This document shows, one piece after another, positions 53,212 to 64,000 of a stretch of DNA of 64,000 nt. A program made the translations under genes and the position numbers. Within the stretch, counting starts at the first letter, position 1. Every line of letters starts with the position of its first letter. Location of the stretch: assembly GCA_947166305.1 (NCBI GenBank), contig CAMVDV010000009.1, positions 11,619-75,618 of the forward strand, given 5' to 3'. Origin of the DNA: an uncultured Prevotellaceae bacterium. Lineage in GTDB: Bacteria; Bacteroidota; Bacteroidia; Bacteroidales; Bacteroidaceae. Under the pieces are notes generated by a model. It was not told where the DNA came from, did not search any database, and saw only the letters and a program-made list of their open reading frames with translations.

Positions 53212-53224
53212 TTTTTTCTTCATT

Positions 53225-54043
53225 CTATTTCTCACCAATCGCCTTCTGGTATTCTTCCCAAAGGGCATCGGTGGTGTTCTGCGGCTTGTCGCCGAGGATG
53301 TGCTTCATGGCCTTGTCCCACGACCAGGGCTTGAGCTCAACGGCCGAGCGGTTGAACTTTCGCAGGAAGTCCTTGTCCTTGTTGAGCATGAGCCAATAGA
53401 GGAAATAGCCCGTCACGCGGTAGCCCTTGCGCCACGAGTCGCCACGGGTGCGGTCCTTGCCCTGAAAGTCTTGGTCGAAGCATCCGCAAGCCACGCGGAC
53501 GGCATCGGCCAGTCCTTCGATGAAGAGCCAGTATTCGCTCTTCCCGTCATACTCGCCGCATCCTTCGGGCGAGAGCTGATAGGCGTGGGTCAGTTCGTGG
53601 TAGAGCACGCCGCGCGTCTCGTAGTCGAGTCGAAGGGTGTCGCTGCCGGCAAAGCAACGTTCTATCCAGTTTGTGCTGTAGCGGATGCCGACGTAGTCGC
53701 CAGCGCCGTATTTCTCACTGATGCCGTTGTAGTCCTTGATGGTGTAGACGATGCGTTTGAGGCGCGGCACGTTGGGGTCTTTGGGGCCCCAATAGAGGGT
53801 CTGAAGGACGCGGAGGGCATTCTCCTGGATGTAGGGTGCGGGATTGGGGATGATGCTGTGGTAGATTCTGGAGCCTTCGCTTGCGGGTGCTTCGTCGTGG
53901 AACTCCACGTCGCCCGGATTGTAGTTCTTCCACTTCTTCTCCACCTTGATGGGGGCGTGGTACTTGGTGTCCTTGTAGACGGCTTGCGCCTGAATGCCGA
54001 GGGCTATCGCTGCTGCGGCGACGAATGTGAATGTACGCTTCAT
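53225..54043 (-). CDS. Secreted basic-secretory-protein (BSP)-like putative metallopeptidase
   Basis: Signal peptide; HELTHAYQ zinc-motif region followed by FIEGLADAVR. The family assignment is from memory. Confidence 0.6.
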   Translation of the reverse strand: MKRTFTFVAAAAIALGIQAQAVYKDTKYHAPIKVEKKWKNYNPGDVEFHDEAPASEGSRIYHSIIPNPAPYIQENALRVLQTLYWGPKDPNVPRLKRIVYTIKDYNGISEKYGAGDYVGIRYSTNWIERCFAGSDTLRLDYETRGVLYHELTHAYQLSPEGCGEYDGKSEYWLFIEGLADAVRVACGCFDQDFQGKDRTRGDSWRKGYRVTGYFLYWLMLNKDKDFLRKFNRSAVELKPWSWDKAMKHILGDKPQNTTDALWEEYQKAIGEK

Positions 54044-54045
54044 AT

Positions 54046-54250
54046 TAAAAGGTTAAAAGGTTAAAAGGTTAAAAAGTTAAAAGGTTTTGAGGTTATGGGG
54101 TTATGAGGTTATGGGGTTTTGAGGTTATGAGGTTATGGGGTTATGAGGTTATGGGGTTATGAGGTTATGGGGTTATGAGGTTATGGGGTTATGAGGTTAT
54201 GGGGTTTGAGGTTATGAGGTTAAAAAGTTAAAGGGTTAAAAGGTGAAAAT
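54046..54250. repeat. 205-bp simple-repeat block: (GGTTAAAA)n, then about 14 x GGTTATGR, then (GGTTAAAA)n
   Basis: It fills the entire gap between the BSP-like start codon and the SbcC-like stop codon. It is the longest tract in the window. Confidence 0.95.
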
Positions 54251-54254
54251 GTTA

Positions 54255-56819
54255 TCAGGCGAGGTTTGCTTCGGGGGCGGCGGAGTTGCGTTCGGCGGCA
54301 AGGGCTTTTTCGTGGTCCTCGAGCTGCACGGAGAGTCGCGCTATCTGCATGAGGGTGTCGCTGAGCTGCTTGGAGAGTGTCTGCTGCTTGGCGGCGATGC
54401 TTTCCTGAATGTCGGGCACGGCCACGTTGCAATGCCCGTCTTCCGTGTCGAGGGCAATGAGGCGGCTGTTCAAATCCTCCACCTTGGCTTGGCAGAGCAG
54501 CAGGTCGGTGCTTATCTGCTTGAGCTTGCTGCGTATCTGGCTCCAGTCCTTTCCGTCGGCAAAGACTTCGTCGAGCTCGTTTTGCTGCACGGGCGGATGC
54601 TGAAGGTTGAAGGCATGCATCCAGAGGTCGAGCTTCTCGCCGAGCCCGCTGCGTTCGCCTTCGAGCTGGGCGATGTGGTTCTTGTAGTAGTCGTGCCTGC
54701 CCTGCATGATGTCGTCGGCGTGGCGAATGTCGCTCAGCCGCTCTCGTTCCTCGTCGAAGCGTTCGCGAGTGCCAACGACGTTTTGCAGCCGTTTCTGCAG
54801 GAGCGTCTTTGCGTCGCGTTCGGGAATCATGCGGTCGTAGGCCTTGAGGTTCTCGGCTTTGCGTCCCTCGATGTCTTCGGTGTGCTTCGTGACGGTGGCC
54901 GTGGTGCGCTGGAGCGAGCTGCGGAGGGCTGTCATGCCTTCGAGGTTGGCTTTTTCCACTTGGAGTGCTGCGCTTTCGGCGCTGATTTCCTTCTCCACGG
55001 CCTGCCAGTCGGCTATGAGCTTCTGCATCTTCTCGTAGAGTTGCTCGGGAGCTTTCTGCCAAATGGCGTACCAGTCCTTGAGCGTAATGCTTTGCTGCAT
55101 GTTCTCATAGATGCGGGTGAACTGCTTTGATGTGCTTTCCAGTCGCAAACTCACTTGCTCTACTTCGCGGCTGAGCACTTGGCATCCCGTGTTTAGTTCG
55201 CCCAAACGGACGCCAAGCTCGCTCTTCTTCTGCTCTATCTTCTGCAGTTTTTCGCTGAGGCCTGCGATGCTGCTCTGATGGAAGGTGAATGTCTCGAGTT
55301 CCTTCTCGGCCGTCTCTGCATCTCGGCTGACGTTCTCGATGAACTGTCGCAGCATCGCGGTGCGGGCGTCGAGGTTGGTGCTCTCGGAGCATTCGGCGAA
55401 GGTGGAATCGAGGCTGGCATAGAGTTTCCACTCCTGCACGTCTTCGTTCTGACGGATGCGGATGGTGTTGAGGGCTTCTTCCTCTGCGCTCAAGGCGCCT
55501 TTTCTTGTGGCAAGCTCGACCCGCATCTCGGCAAGCTGCTGAGTGCCGGCGGTGGCTTCGGAGGCAAGGAGTTCGTAGTCCGTCTTCATCTGTCCGATGA
55601 GTTTACTCTGGTCGAGCATGGTGTCGCTGTGGTAGGGATGATGCGTAGCCCCGCAGACTGAGCAGGCCGTGCCTTCCCTCAAGTCTGCGCGAAGCTGTAT
55701 GACATCCTGCCCTTTGCTCAGCAAGTAGGTGTATTCCTTTTCCTTGCATAGCCGATGGGCCTTTCCTACTTCCTCTTCGAGCTGTCGGACGCCGTCTTCG
55801 AGGTGTTGGATGTCGAGCCGCAGGGCCGTCACCTTTCGGCTTTTCTCCTCGATGCTTTCGTATCCTGTGCTGATGCGTTTCCAGAGAGAGAGTGCTGAGA
55901 GGAGCGTCTGCCGTCGGCCTTTGAGCATGAGGGCGCGCTCCTGGAGCATGAGGCCGTCTTGTCCCTGGATGTAGGAGCGGTGCATGGCAAGCTCGGCCTC
56001 CGTGCTTTCGGTCTGCTGCACGAGGTCCTGGAACTGGGCGAATGCTTTGCCCAGATGCTCGTTCTCTTCGTTCTGCCGCTTGATGGCCTGCATCCGCTTC
56101 TGCACAAGCTCGTTGCGGAGCTTGTCGGTCTCTTCCATGCTGCCCAATTGGACGAGGATTGCCTCGCCATGCCTTATCATGTTCTCGTGTATCTCCATGC
56201 TTTGCCTGCGGGAATTCAGGCGGTCGAGCTGTGACTGATGTGCCGCTACGCTCTTTTCCTTTTCGGCGATGAGCGAGGAGAGCGCGTCGGTCTCTTCTTT
56301 TACCTTGTTATAATAGTCATGGAGGAAGGCGGCTTCTATGTCGAGCACGTCGTTTGCGCCCGTAAGCCTGTAGGCTGAGCAGACGGGGTCGAAGGAGTCG
56401 GTGAGGCTCAGCGCGGCGTTCTTGTAGGCTTCGCGTGCCTGCTGCAGCCTTTTCTCTGCGTCGGTCACTTGCTGCCTGCCGCCTTCTGCCTCTCTCTCCA
56501 GCAGGCTCAGCCCGCGCTTGTCTTCGCCGAGCTGACGGGAGAGCACGGAGAGCTTCTGATAGATGCCGTGTATGCCCTCGAAGAGGTCGTAGCGTTCCAG
56601 CATGGCGGCTTCTCTCTCCATGGTCGCCTTCTGCTTGCCGAGCTCGAAGAGGCGGGTCTTCTCGCGCTGCAGGAGCATACTTGTCTCCTGATACCTGCGC
56701 AGCCAGAGGCTTTGTGCCTTGACGCGTTCCAGACTCTCCTCGAGCCCTCGCAGCTTTGTCTCTGCCAGACGCTTGGCATCCTTCACGTGCTCGAGCTGTG
56801 TGCTGTTGAGTATTCTCAT
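54255..56819 (-). CDS. SbcC/Rad50-like coiled-coil protein with a zinc hook but no ATPase head domains (truncated gene or headless paralog)
   Basis: 854 aa, heptad-rich throughout, with CSVCGATHHPY at residues 386-396 (CxxC hook). There is no Walker A at the N-terminus, and no signature or Walker B at the C-terminus. Confidence 0.65.
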   Translation of the reverse strand: MRILNSTQLEHVKDAKRLAETKLRGLEESLERVKAQSLWLRRYQETSMLLQREKTRLFELGKQKATMEREAAMLERYDLFEGIHGIYQKLSVLSRQLGEDKRGLSLLEREAEGGRQQVTDAEKRLQQAREAYKNAALSLTDSFDPVCSAYRLTGANDVLDIEAAFLHDYYNKVKEETDALSSLIAEKEKSVAAHQSQLDRLNSRRQSMEIHENMIRHGEAILVQLGSMEETDKLRNELVQKRMQAIKRQNEENEHLGKAFAQFQDLVQQTESTEAELAMHRSYIQGQDGLMLQERALMLKGRRQTLLSALSLWKRISTGYESIEEKSRKVTALRLDIQHLEDGVRQLEEEVGKAHRLCKEKEYTYLLSKGQDVIQLRADLREGTACSVCGATHHPYHSDTMLDQSKLIGQMKTDYELLASEATAGTQQLAEMRVELATRKGALSAEEEALNTIRIRQNEDVQEWKLYASLDSTFAECSESTNLDARTAMLRQFIENVSRDAETAEKELETFTFHQSSIAGLSEKLQKIEQKKSELGVRLGELNTGCQVLSREVEQVSLRLESTSKQFTRIYENMQQSITLKDWYAIWQKAPEQLYEKMQKLIADWQAVEKEISAESAALQVEKANLEGMTALRSSLQRTTATVTKHTEDIEGRKAENLKAYDRMIPERDAKTLLQKRLQNVVGTRERFDEERERLSDIRHADDIMQGRHDYYKNHIAQLEGERSGLGEKLDLWMHAFNLQHPPVQQNELDEVFADGKDWSQIRSKLKQISTDLLLCQAKVEDLNSRLIALDTEDGHCNVAVPDIQESIAAKQQTLSKQLSDTLMQIARLSVQLEDHEKALAAERNSAAPEANLA

Positions 56820-56974
56820 TTCTTCTGTTCTTCTGTCTTTTTCTTGTTAACCATGAAGACCACTTCCATGCAGCGTTGCTGCTGGAAAGGCCTGCCGTTG
56901 GAGCCGATGCTTTCGGGGGGTGGTCGCAAGGACTGTACCGATGTCGGGAAACGTCGGCTCCTTTCTGTGCGGTG

Positions 56975-56982
56975 CAAAGGTA
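56975..56982 (-). promoter_or_regulatory. -7 box (TACCTTTG on minus strand) upstream of the SbcC-like gene
   Basis: Plus strand reads caaaggta, 156 nt upstream of the ATG at 56819, which is a long leader. Confidence 0.35.
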
Positions 56983-57080
56983 CGAAAAGATGTGCGAAAA
57001 AGCAAATTTATTGCATTATTTCCGTCCGTCAATGCTTCCGCGGCGTGCCGTGCGAGGAAGATCGGCGCGCCGAGGTCTGC

Positions 57081-57168
57081 AGAACCCTGTAGGGTTTTGT
57101 TTGCAGGGTCATGACCATGCAATTGCAGCATCATGACCCTGCAATTGAATGGTCATGATGCTGCAATC
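57081..57168. repeat. Tandem array, 4 x 22 bp (AGAACCCTGTAGGGTTTTGTTT plus GCANNNTCATGANNNTGCAATT x3)
   Basis: 88 bp in total. Same family as 15068-15155, with the CCCTGNAGGG unit at the opposite end. Confidence 0.9.
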
Positions 57169-57187
57169 AACACGGCACGCGGTGTTG

Positions 57188-58852
57188 TCAGTCGGAAAGT
57201 AGGACGACGCCGGAAAGGGCAGGCAAGCTGATGCGCAAGGGCTGGGCAGAAGTGATGCCGAGGCTCAGCTTGCGGCCGCTCAGGGCATCGGTCAGTCTCC
57301 GTCGCGCCCTTTCGCGGATGCCGGTATGCTCAAAGAAGTGGCGGGGGAGGGAGAGCGATATGTCCTCGTCCGAAGCAGAGAAGTTGCTGACAATGAGTGC
57401 GAACTTCCCTCCAGAGTGACGCACAAATGCGTACTGACGATGGAGGTGTGGGTTGACATACATCAGGTCGTAGAAGCCATCGCCACAGCATGGTTCCTGC
57501 TGCCGAAGCGCGAGGATGCGGCAATAGAGTTCCCTGAGCGCCGCCTCGCCGCTGCTCAGGAGCTTGCCGTCAAAGCGTCCGCCGTTCCTCCAGCGTCGGA
57601 TGGTGGGGACAGACCAGTAGTCGAAGATGCTTGTACGCCCGTCCTGTCCGCTGAAACCCTCGGCGTCCATGCCCCGTTCGCCCAGCTCTTGTCCGAAGTA
57701 GAGCATGAAGGGAGAGGGCATGAGGCTGCTCACGAGTAGTGCCGGGACAGCCGCCTCGCCGCTACCAAGCAGGAAATTGCTTGCCAGACGCTGTTCGTCG
57801 TGGTTCTCAAGGAAGTTGAGCATCTGCCCTCGGATATCGTCCACTGCCTGCCAACAGCCTGTGATGCTCTGTGCCGACTGCCCCCTTGTCACGGCCAGGA
57901 GCGTGTCGTAGAGCCCCACCTTATCGTAGAGGTAGTCGAAATGGCCGCGCCGTATGTAGTCACGATAAAGGGCTGGATTATAGACTTCGGCAATGAAGAT
58001 GATGCCCGGGAAGCGCTCCTTCACCTGTGGCAACGCCCACTCCCAGAACTCCACGGGCACCATTTCTGCCATATCGACACGGAATCCGTCGATGCCCTTC
58101 GCTGCCCAGTGGAGCAGAATGTGCAGCATCTTGTGCCATGTGGCAGGGGTGGGGGAGAAGTGACCCGTTCTTCCTCCCACGACATCGACGCCATAGTTCA
58201 GCTTAACGGTCTCGTACCAGTCGCATCGCCCCGGGCGTGGAGAGAAACAATCGTTGCCCGTGGCGCGTGCCGGAGCCTCGGTGTAGGTGCTGCAGGGCAC
58301 GATGTCGTCGAGGCAAAGGCTTTGGCCGGGAAGGTAGTAGAAGTTGTTCTGCGGCGAGAAGGCACAGGACTTGTCGTCGTCCTCGCCAAGGTCGCGTACG
58401 TCGGAGGGCTTGGCAAGCGAGCGATACTGCCGTGATACATGGTTGGGCACGAAGTCGATGATGACTTTCAGGCCTGCCTTGTGCGTCCTCTCCACGAGCA
58501 GTTCGAACTCATGGACACGCCTCGATGGGTCGTGGGCAATGTCGGGATCGACATCATAGTAGTCTCTGATGGCATACGGGCTGCCGGCTTCGCCCTTCAC
58601 CACATCGGGGTTGTCGATGGGAAGGCCCAGGGCGGAGTGGTCCGTCCGCGTGGCATGTGCTATGATGCCTGTGTACCATATATGCGTACAGCCAAGGCTT
58701 CGGATATTTTCCAATGCCTTGGCTGTGAAGTCCTGCATCGTTCCGCACCCATTCTGCTGCTTCGTGCCGAAGGGGACAAGGCCCTTCCTGTCGTTGCCAA
58801 AGAGCCGGGTGAAGACTTGATAGACGGTTGGGGACAATTTGCTATACGTCAA
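57188..58852 (-). CDS. GH13 alpha-amylase family protein (no signal peptide seen)
   Basis: DFVPNHV, GFRVDMAEMVP, FIAEVY, FLENHDEQR. Confidence 0.85.
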   Translation of the reverse strand: MTYSKLSPTVYQVFTRLFGNDRKGLVPFGTKQQNGCGTMQDFTAKALENIRSLGCTHIWYTGIIAHATRTDHSALGLPIDNPDVVKGEAGSPYAIRDYYDVDPDIAHDPSRRVHEFELLVERTHKAGLKVIIDFVPNHVSRQYRSLAKPSDVRDLGEDDDKSCAFSPQNNFYYLPGQSLCLDDIVPCSTYTEAPARATGNDCFSPRPGRCDWYETVKLNYGVDVVGGRTGHFSPTPATWHKMLHILLHWAAKGIDGFRVDMAEMVPVEFWEWALPQVKERFPGIIFIAEVYNPALYRDYIRRGHFDYLYDKVGLYDTLLAVTRGQSAQSITGCWQAVDDIRGQMLNFLENHDEQRLASNFLLGSGEAAVPALLVSSLMPSPFMLYFGQELGERGMDAEGFSGQDGRTSIFDYWSVPTIRRWRNGGRFDGKLLSSGEAALRELYCRILALRQQEPCCGDGFYDLMYVNPHLHRQYAFVRHSGGKFALIVSNFSASDEDISLSLPRHFFEHTGIRERARRRLTDALSGRKLSLGITSAQPLRISLPALSGVVLLSD

Positions 58853-58933
58853 TTTGCTATATACTATATATATAATGTAGGAATGGCAAAGGCTGAGTGG
58901 TCAAAAAGGCTGTCGTGGCTCGTCAACCTTTAG

Positions 58934-58990
58934 CCTTTCAACTTTTAACGTTTTAACGTTTTAACCTTTTCACCTTTTAACCTTTTCACC
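58934..58990. repeat. Simple tract (CTTTTAAC/CTTTTCAC)n abutting the fabD stop
   Basis: Reads cctttcaacttttaacgttttaacgttttaaccttttcaccttttaaccttttcacc. Confidence 0.9.
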
Positions 58991-59887
58991 TCAGATGCCT
59001 TGGATTGTGATGCCTTCCAAGCCCTTTGCGATCTTAACTATCATGCCTTGCAGTGCTTTGCCTGGGCCGCATTCGGTGAAATCCGTGGCTCCGACGGCAA
59101 TCATGTTCTGCACTTCTGCCGTCCAGCGCACGCTTGCCGTGAGCTGACTGATGAGGTTTTGCTTTATCTCGGCAGCATCTGTGTGTGCTTTTCCATCGAC
59201 GTTCTGATAGACAGGGCATACGGGTGTGTGGAACTCCGTCTGCTCTATGGCTGCCTGAAGCTCGTCCTTGGCCGGCTGCATGAGTGGGCTGTGGAACGCA
59301 CCGCCTACGGGTAGTACCAGAGCGCGCTTGGCTCCGGCTTCTTTCAGCCTTTCGCAAGCGGCATTAACCCCTTCCATGCTGCCGCTGATGACCAGCTGTC
59401 CGGGGCAATTGTAGTTGGCTGGCACGACAACTCCCTTTCCTTCTTCGCTCACCTGCTTGCACACTTGCTCCACGGCTTCGTCGGGCAGGCCGATGATGGC
59501 TGCCATTGTGCCGGGAACGGCCTCGCATGCTTTCTGCATGGCAAGGGCTCGGGCGTGGACAAGGCGCAGCCCATCCTCGAAGGAGAGTGCTCCAGCTGCC
59601 ACAAGTGCGCTGAATTCGCCCAGGCTGTGACCGCCCACCATGTCGGGACGGAACGCCTCGCCCATGCAGAGGGCGGTGCATACGCTGTGAAGGAAGACGG
59701 CTGGCTGTGTCACCTTCGTTTGCTTCAGCTCGTCGGCGTCGCCCTCGAACATAATATCGGTGATGCGAAAACCGAGAATATCGTTTGCTTTTTCAAAAAG
59801 TTCCTTTGCCTTCGGGTTGGTGTCGTAGAGTTCTTTGCCCATACCCGTGAACTGTGCTCCCTGACCGGGAAATACAAATGCTTTCAT
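58991..59887 (-). CDS. fabD: Malonyl CoA-ACP transacylase FabD
   Basis: FVFPGQGAQ, GHSLGEFSAL, AFHSPLM. Confidence 0.95.
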   Translation of the reverse strand: MKAFVFPGQGAQFTGMGKELYDTNPKAKELFEKANDILGFRITDIMFEGDADELKQTKVTQPAVFLHSVCTALCMGEAFRPDMVGGHSLGEFSALVAAGALSFEDGLRLVHARALAMQKACEAVPGTMAAIIGLPDEAVEQVCKQVSEEGKGVVVPANYNCPGQLVISGSMEGVNAACERLKEAGAKRALVLPVGGAFHSPLMQPAKDELQAAIEQTEFHTPVCPVYQNVDGKAHTDAAEIKQNLISQLTASVRWTAEVQNMIAVGATDFTECGPGKALQGMIVKIAKGLEGITIQGI

Positions 59888-59921
59888 TGTCCTTTTGTTG
59901 TTTATGTTATCTTAGCGCGTG

Positions 59922-59929
59922 CAAAGGTA
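59922..59929 (-). promoter_or_regulatory. -7 box (TACCTTTG on minus strand) for fabD
   Basis: Plus strand reads caaaggta, 35 nt upstream of the start at 59887. Confidence 0.5.
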
Positions 59930-60090
59930 CGACAAAAAGTTGAAACGCGGAAAGGATAAAGGGCTAAAGTTGTAATTTTAGCCCTTTGTCCCTTCGTTCC
60001 TCAGCTCTGATGCCGTCAGGCTGACGGATTTGTGTCCAACTTCCTCTGCTCCGACTCTCGGAAGCGTCGGCTCCTGACTCTCAACTTCCC

Positions 60091-64000
<3,910 letters not shown>

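Noticed and set aside
53033-53224. A preQ1 riboswitch upstream of queC (and in the 52231-52378 interval between queC and queF).
   Set aside because: Reading the minus strand, I found only simple tracts, the GATAGAAGA hairpin and a REP copy. I found no compact stem-loop followed by the A-rich tail that I associate with preQ1-I/II. An Infernal scan would be needed to be sure.
54255-57187. A frameshifted but otherwise complete sbcC.
   Set aside because: None of the three minus-strand frames in the 370 bp upstream or in the repeat block downstream shows Walker A, signature or Walker B motifs. There is not enough space for either head lobe.

Overview
This 64-kb chromosomal segment looks like a Bacteroidota genome, probably a relatively GC-rich member of Prevotellaceae. 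The evidence is T9SS SprA, many TAnnTTTG -7 promoter boxes, a BspA-type LRR lipoprotein, a DUF4248-like gene, and strong GC3 bias that creates many long antisense shadow ORFs. I call about 43 protein genes and one tRNA-Thr(CGT).

Gene content is mostly housekeeping:
- Cell envelope and nucleotide metabolism: mltG, murF, folP-cdaA, fabD, cysQ, pgeF, queF, queC.
- Translation and DNA: smpB, lepA, obg-adk-hpt, ruvA.
- Fermentation: pta-ackA.
- Glycan and starch metabolism: GH77 MalQ, GH13, GH20, GH43, GH2.
- Others: a BtuFCD-like ABC importer, a PadR/PspC pair, an M13 and an M23 peptidase, an ABC-F ATPase.

No transposase, integrase, CRISPR or rRNA is visible.

Four things stand out:
1. A locus made of a membrane-anchored TPR/AraC sensor, a 57-codon ORF below the ORF-track cutoff, and a 1530-aa secreted protein. 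The first ~420 mature residues of that protein carry about 80 cysteines in tandem CPxCGxC / CxxCGxCxxC modules.
2. A family of GC-rich multi-hairpin elements that sit between genes and also in frame inside three unrelated genes (72, 84 and 87 bp). This resembles the Rickettsia palindromic elements.
3. An SbcC/Rad50-like gene that keeps the coiled coil and CxxC zinc hook but has no ATPase head at either end.
4. A dense intergenic repeat landscape. It includes 7-9-nt simple tracts at almost every gene boundary (some supply stop codons, start codons or terminal codons), 22-bp-period tandem arrays (five of them exactly 88 bp), a conserved REP-like hairpin, and inverted CACGAAT arrays.

All functional calls come from reading the translated ORFs and motifs by eye. 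No searches were run.
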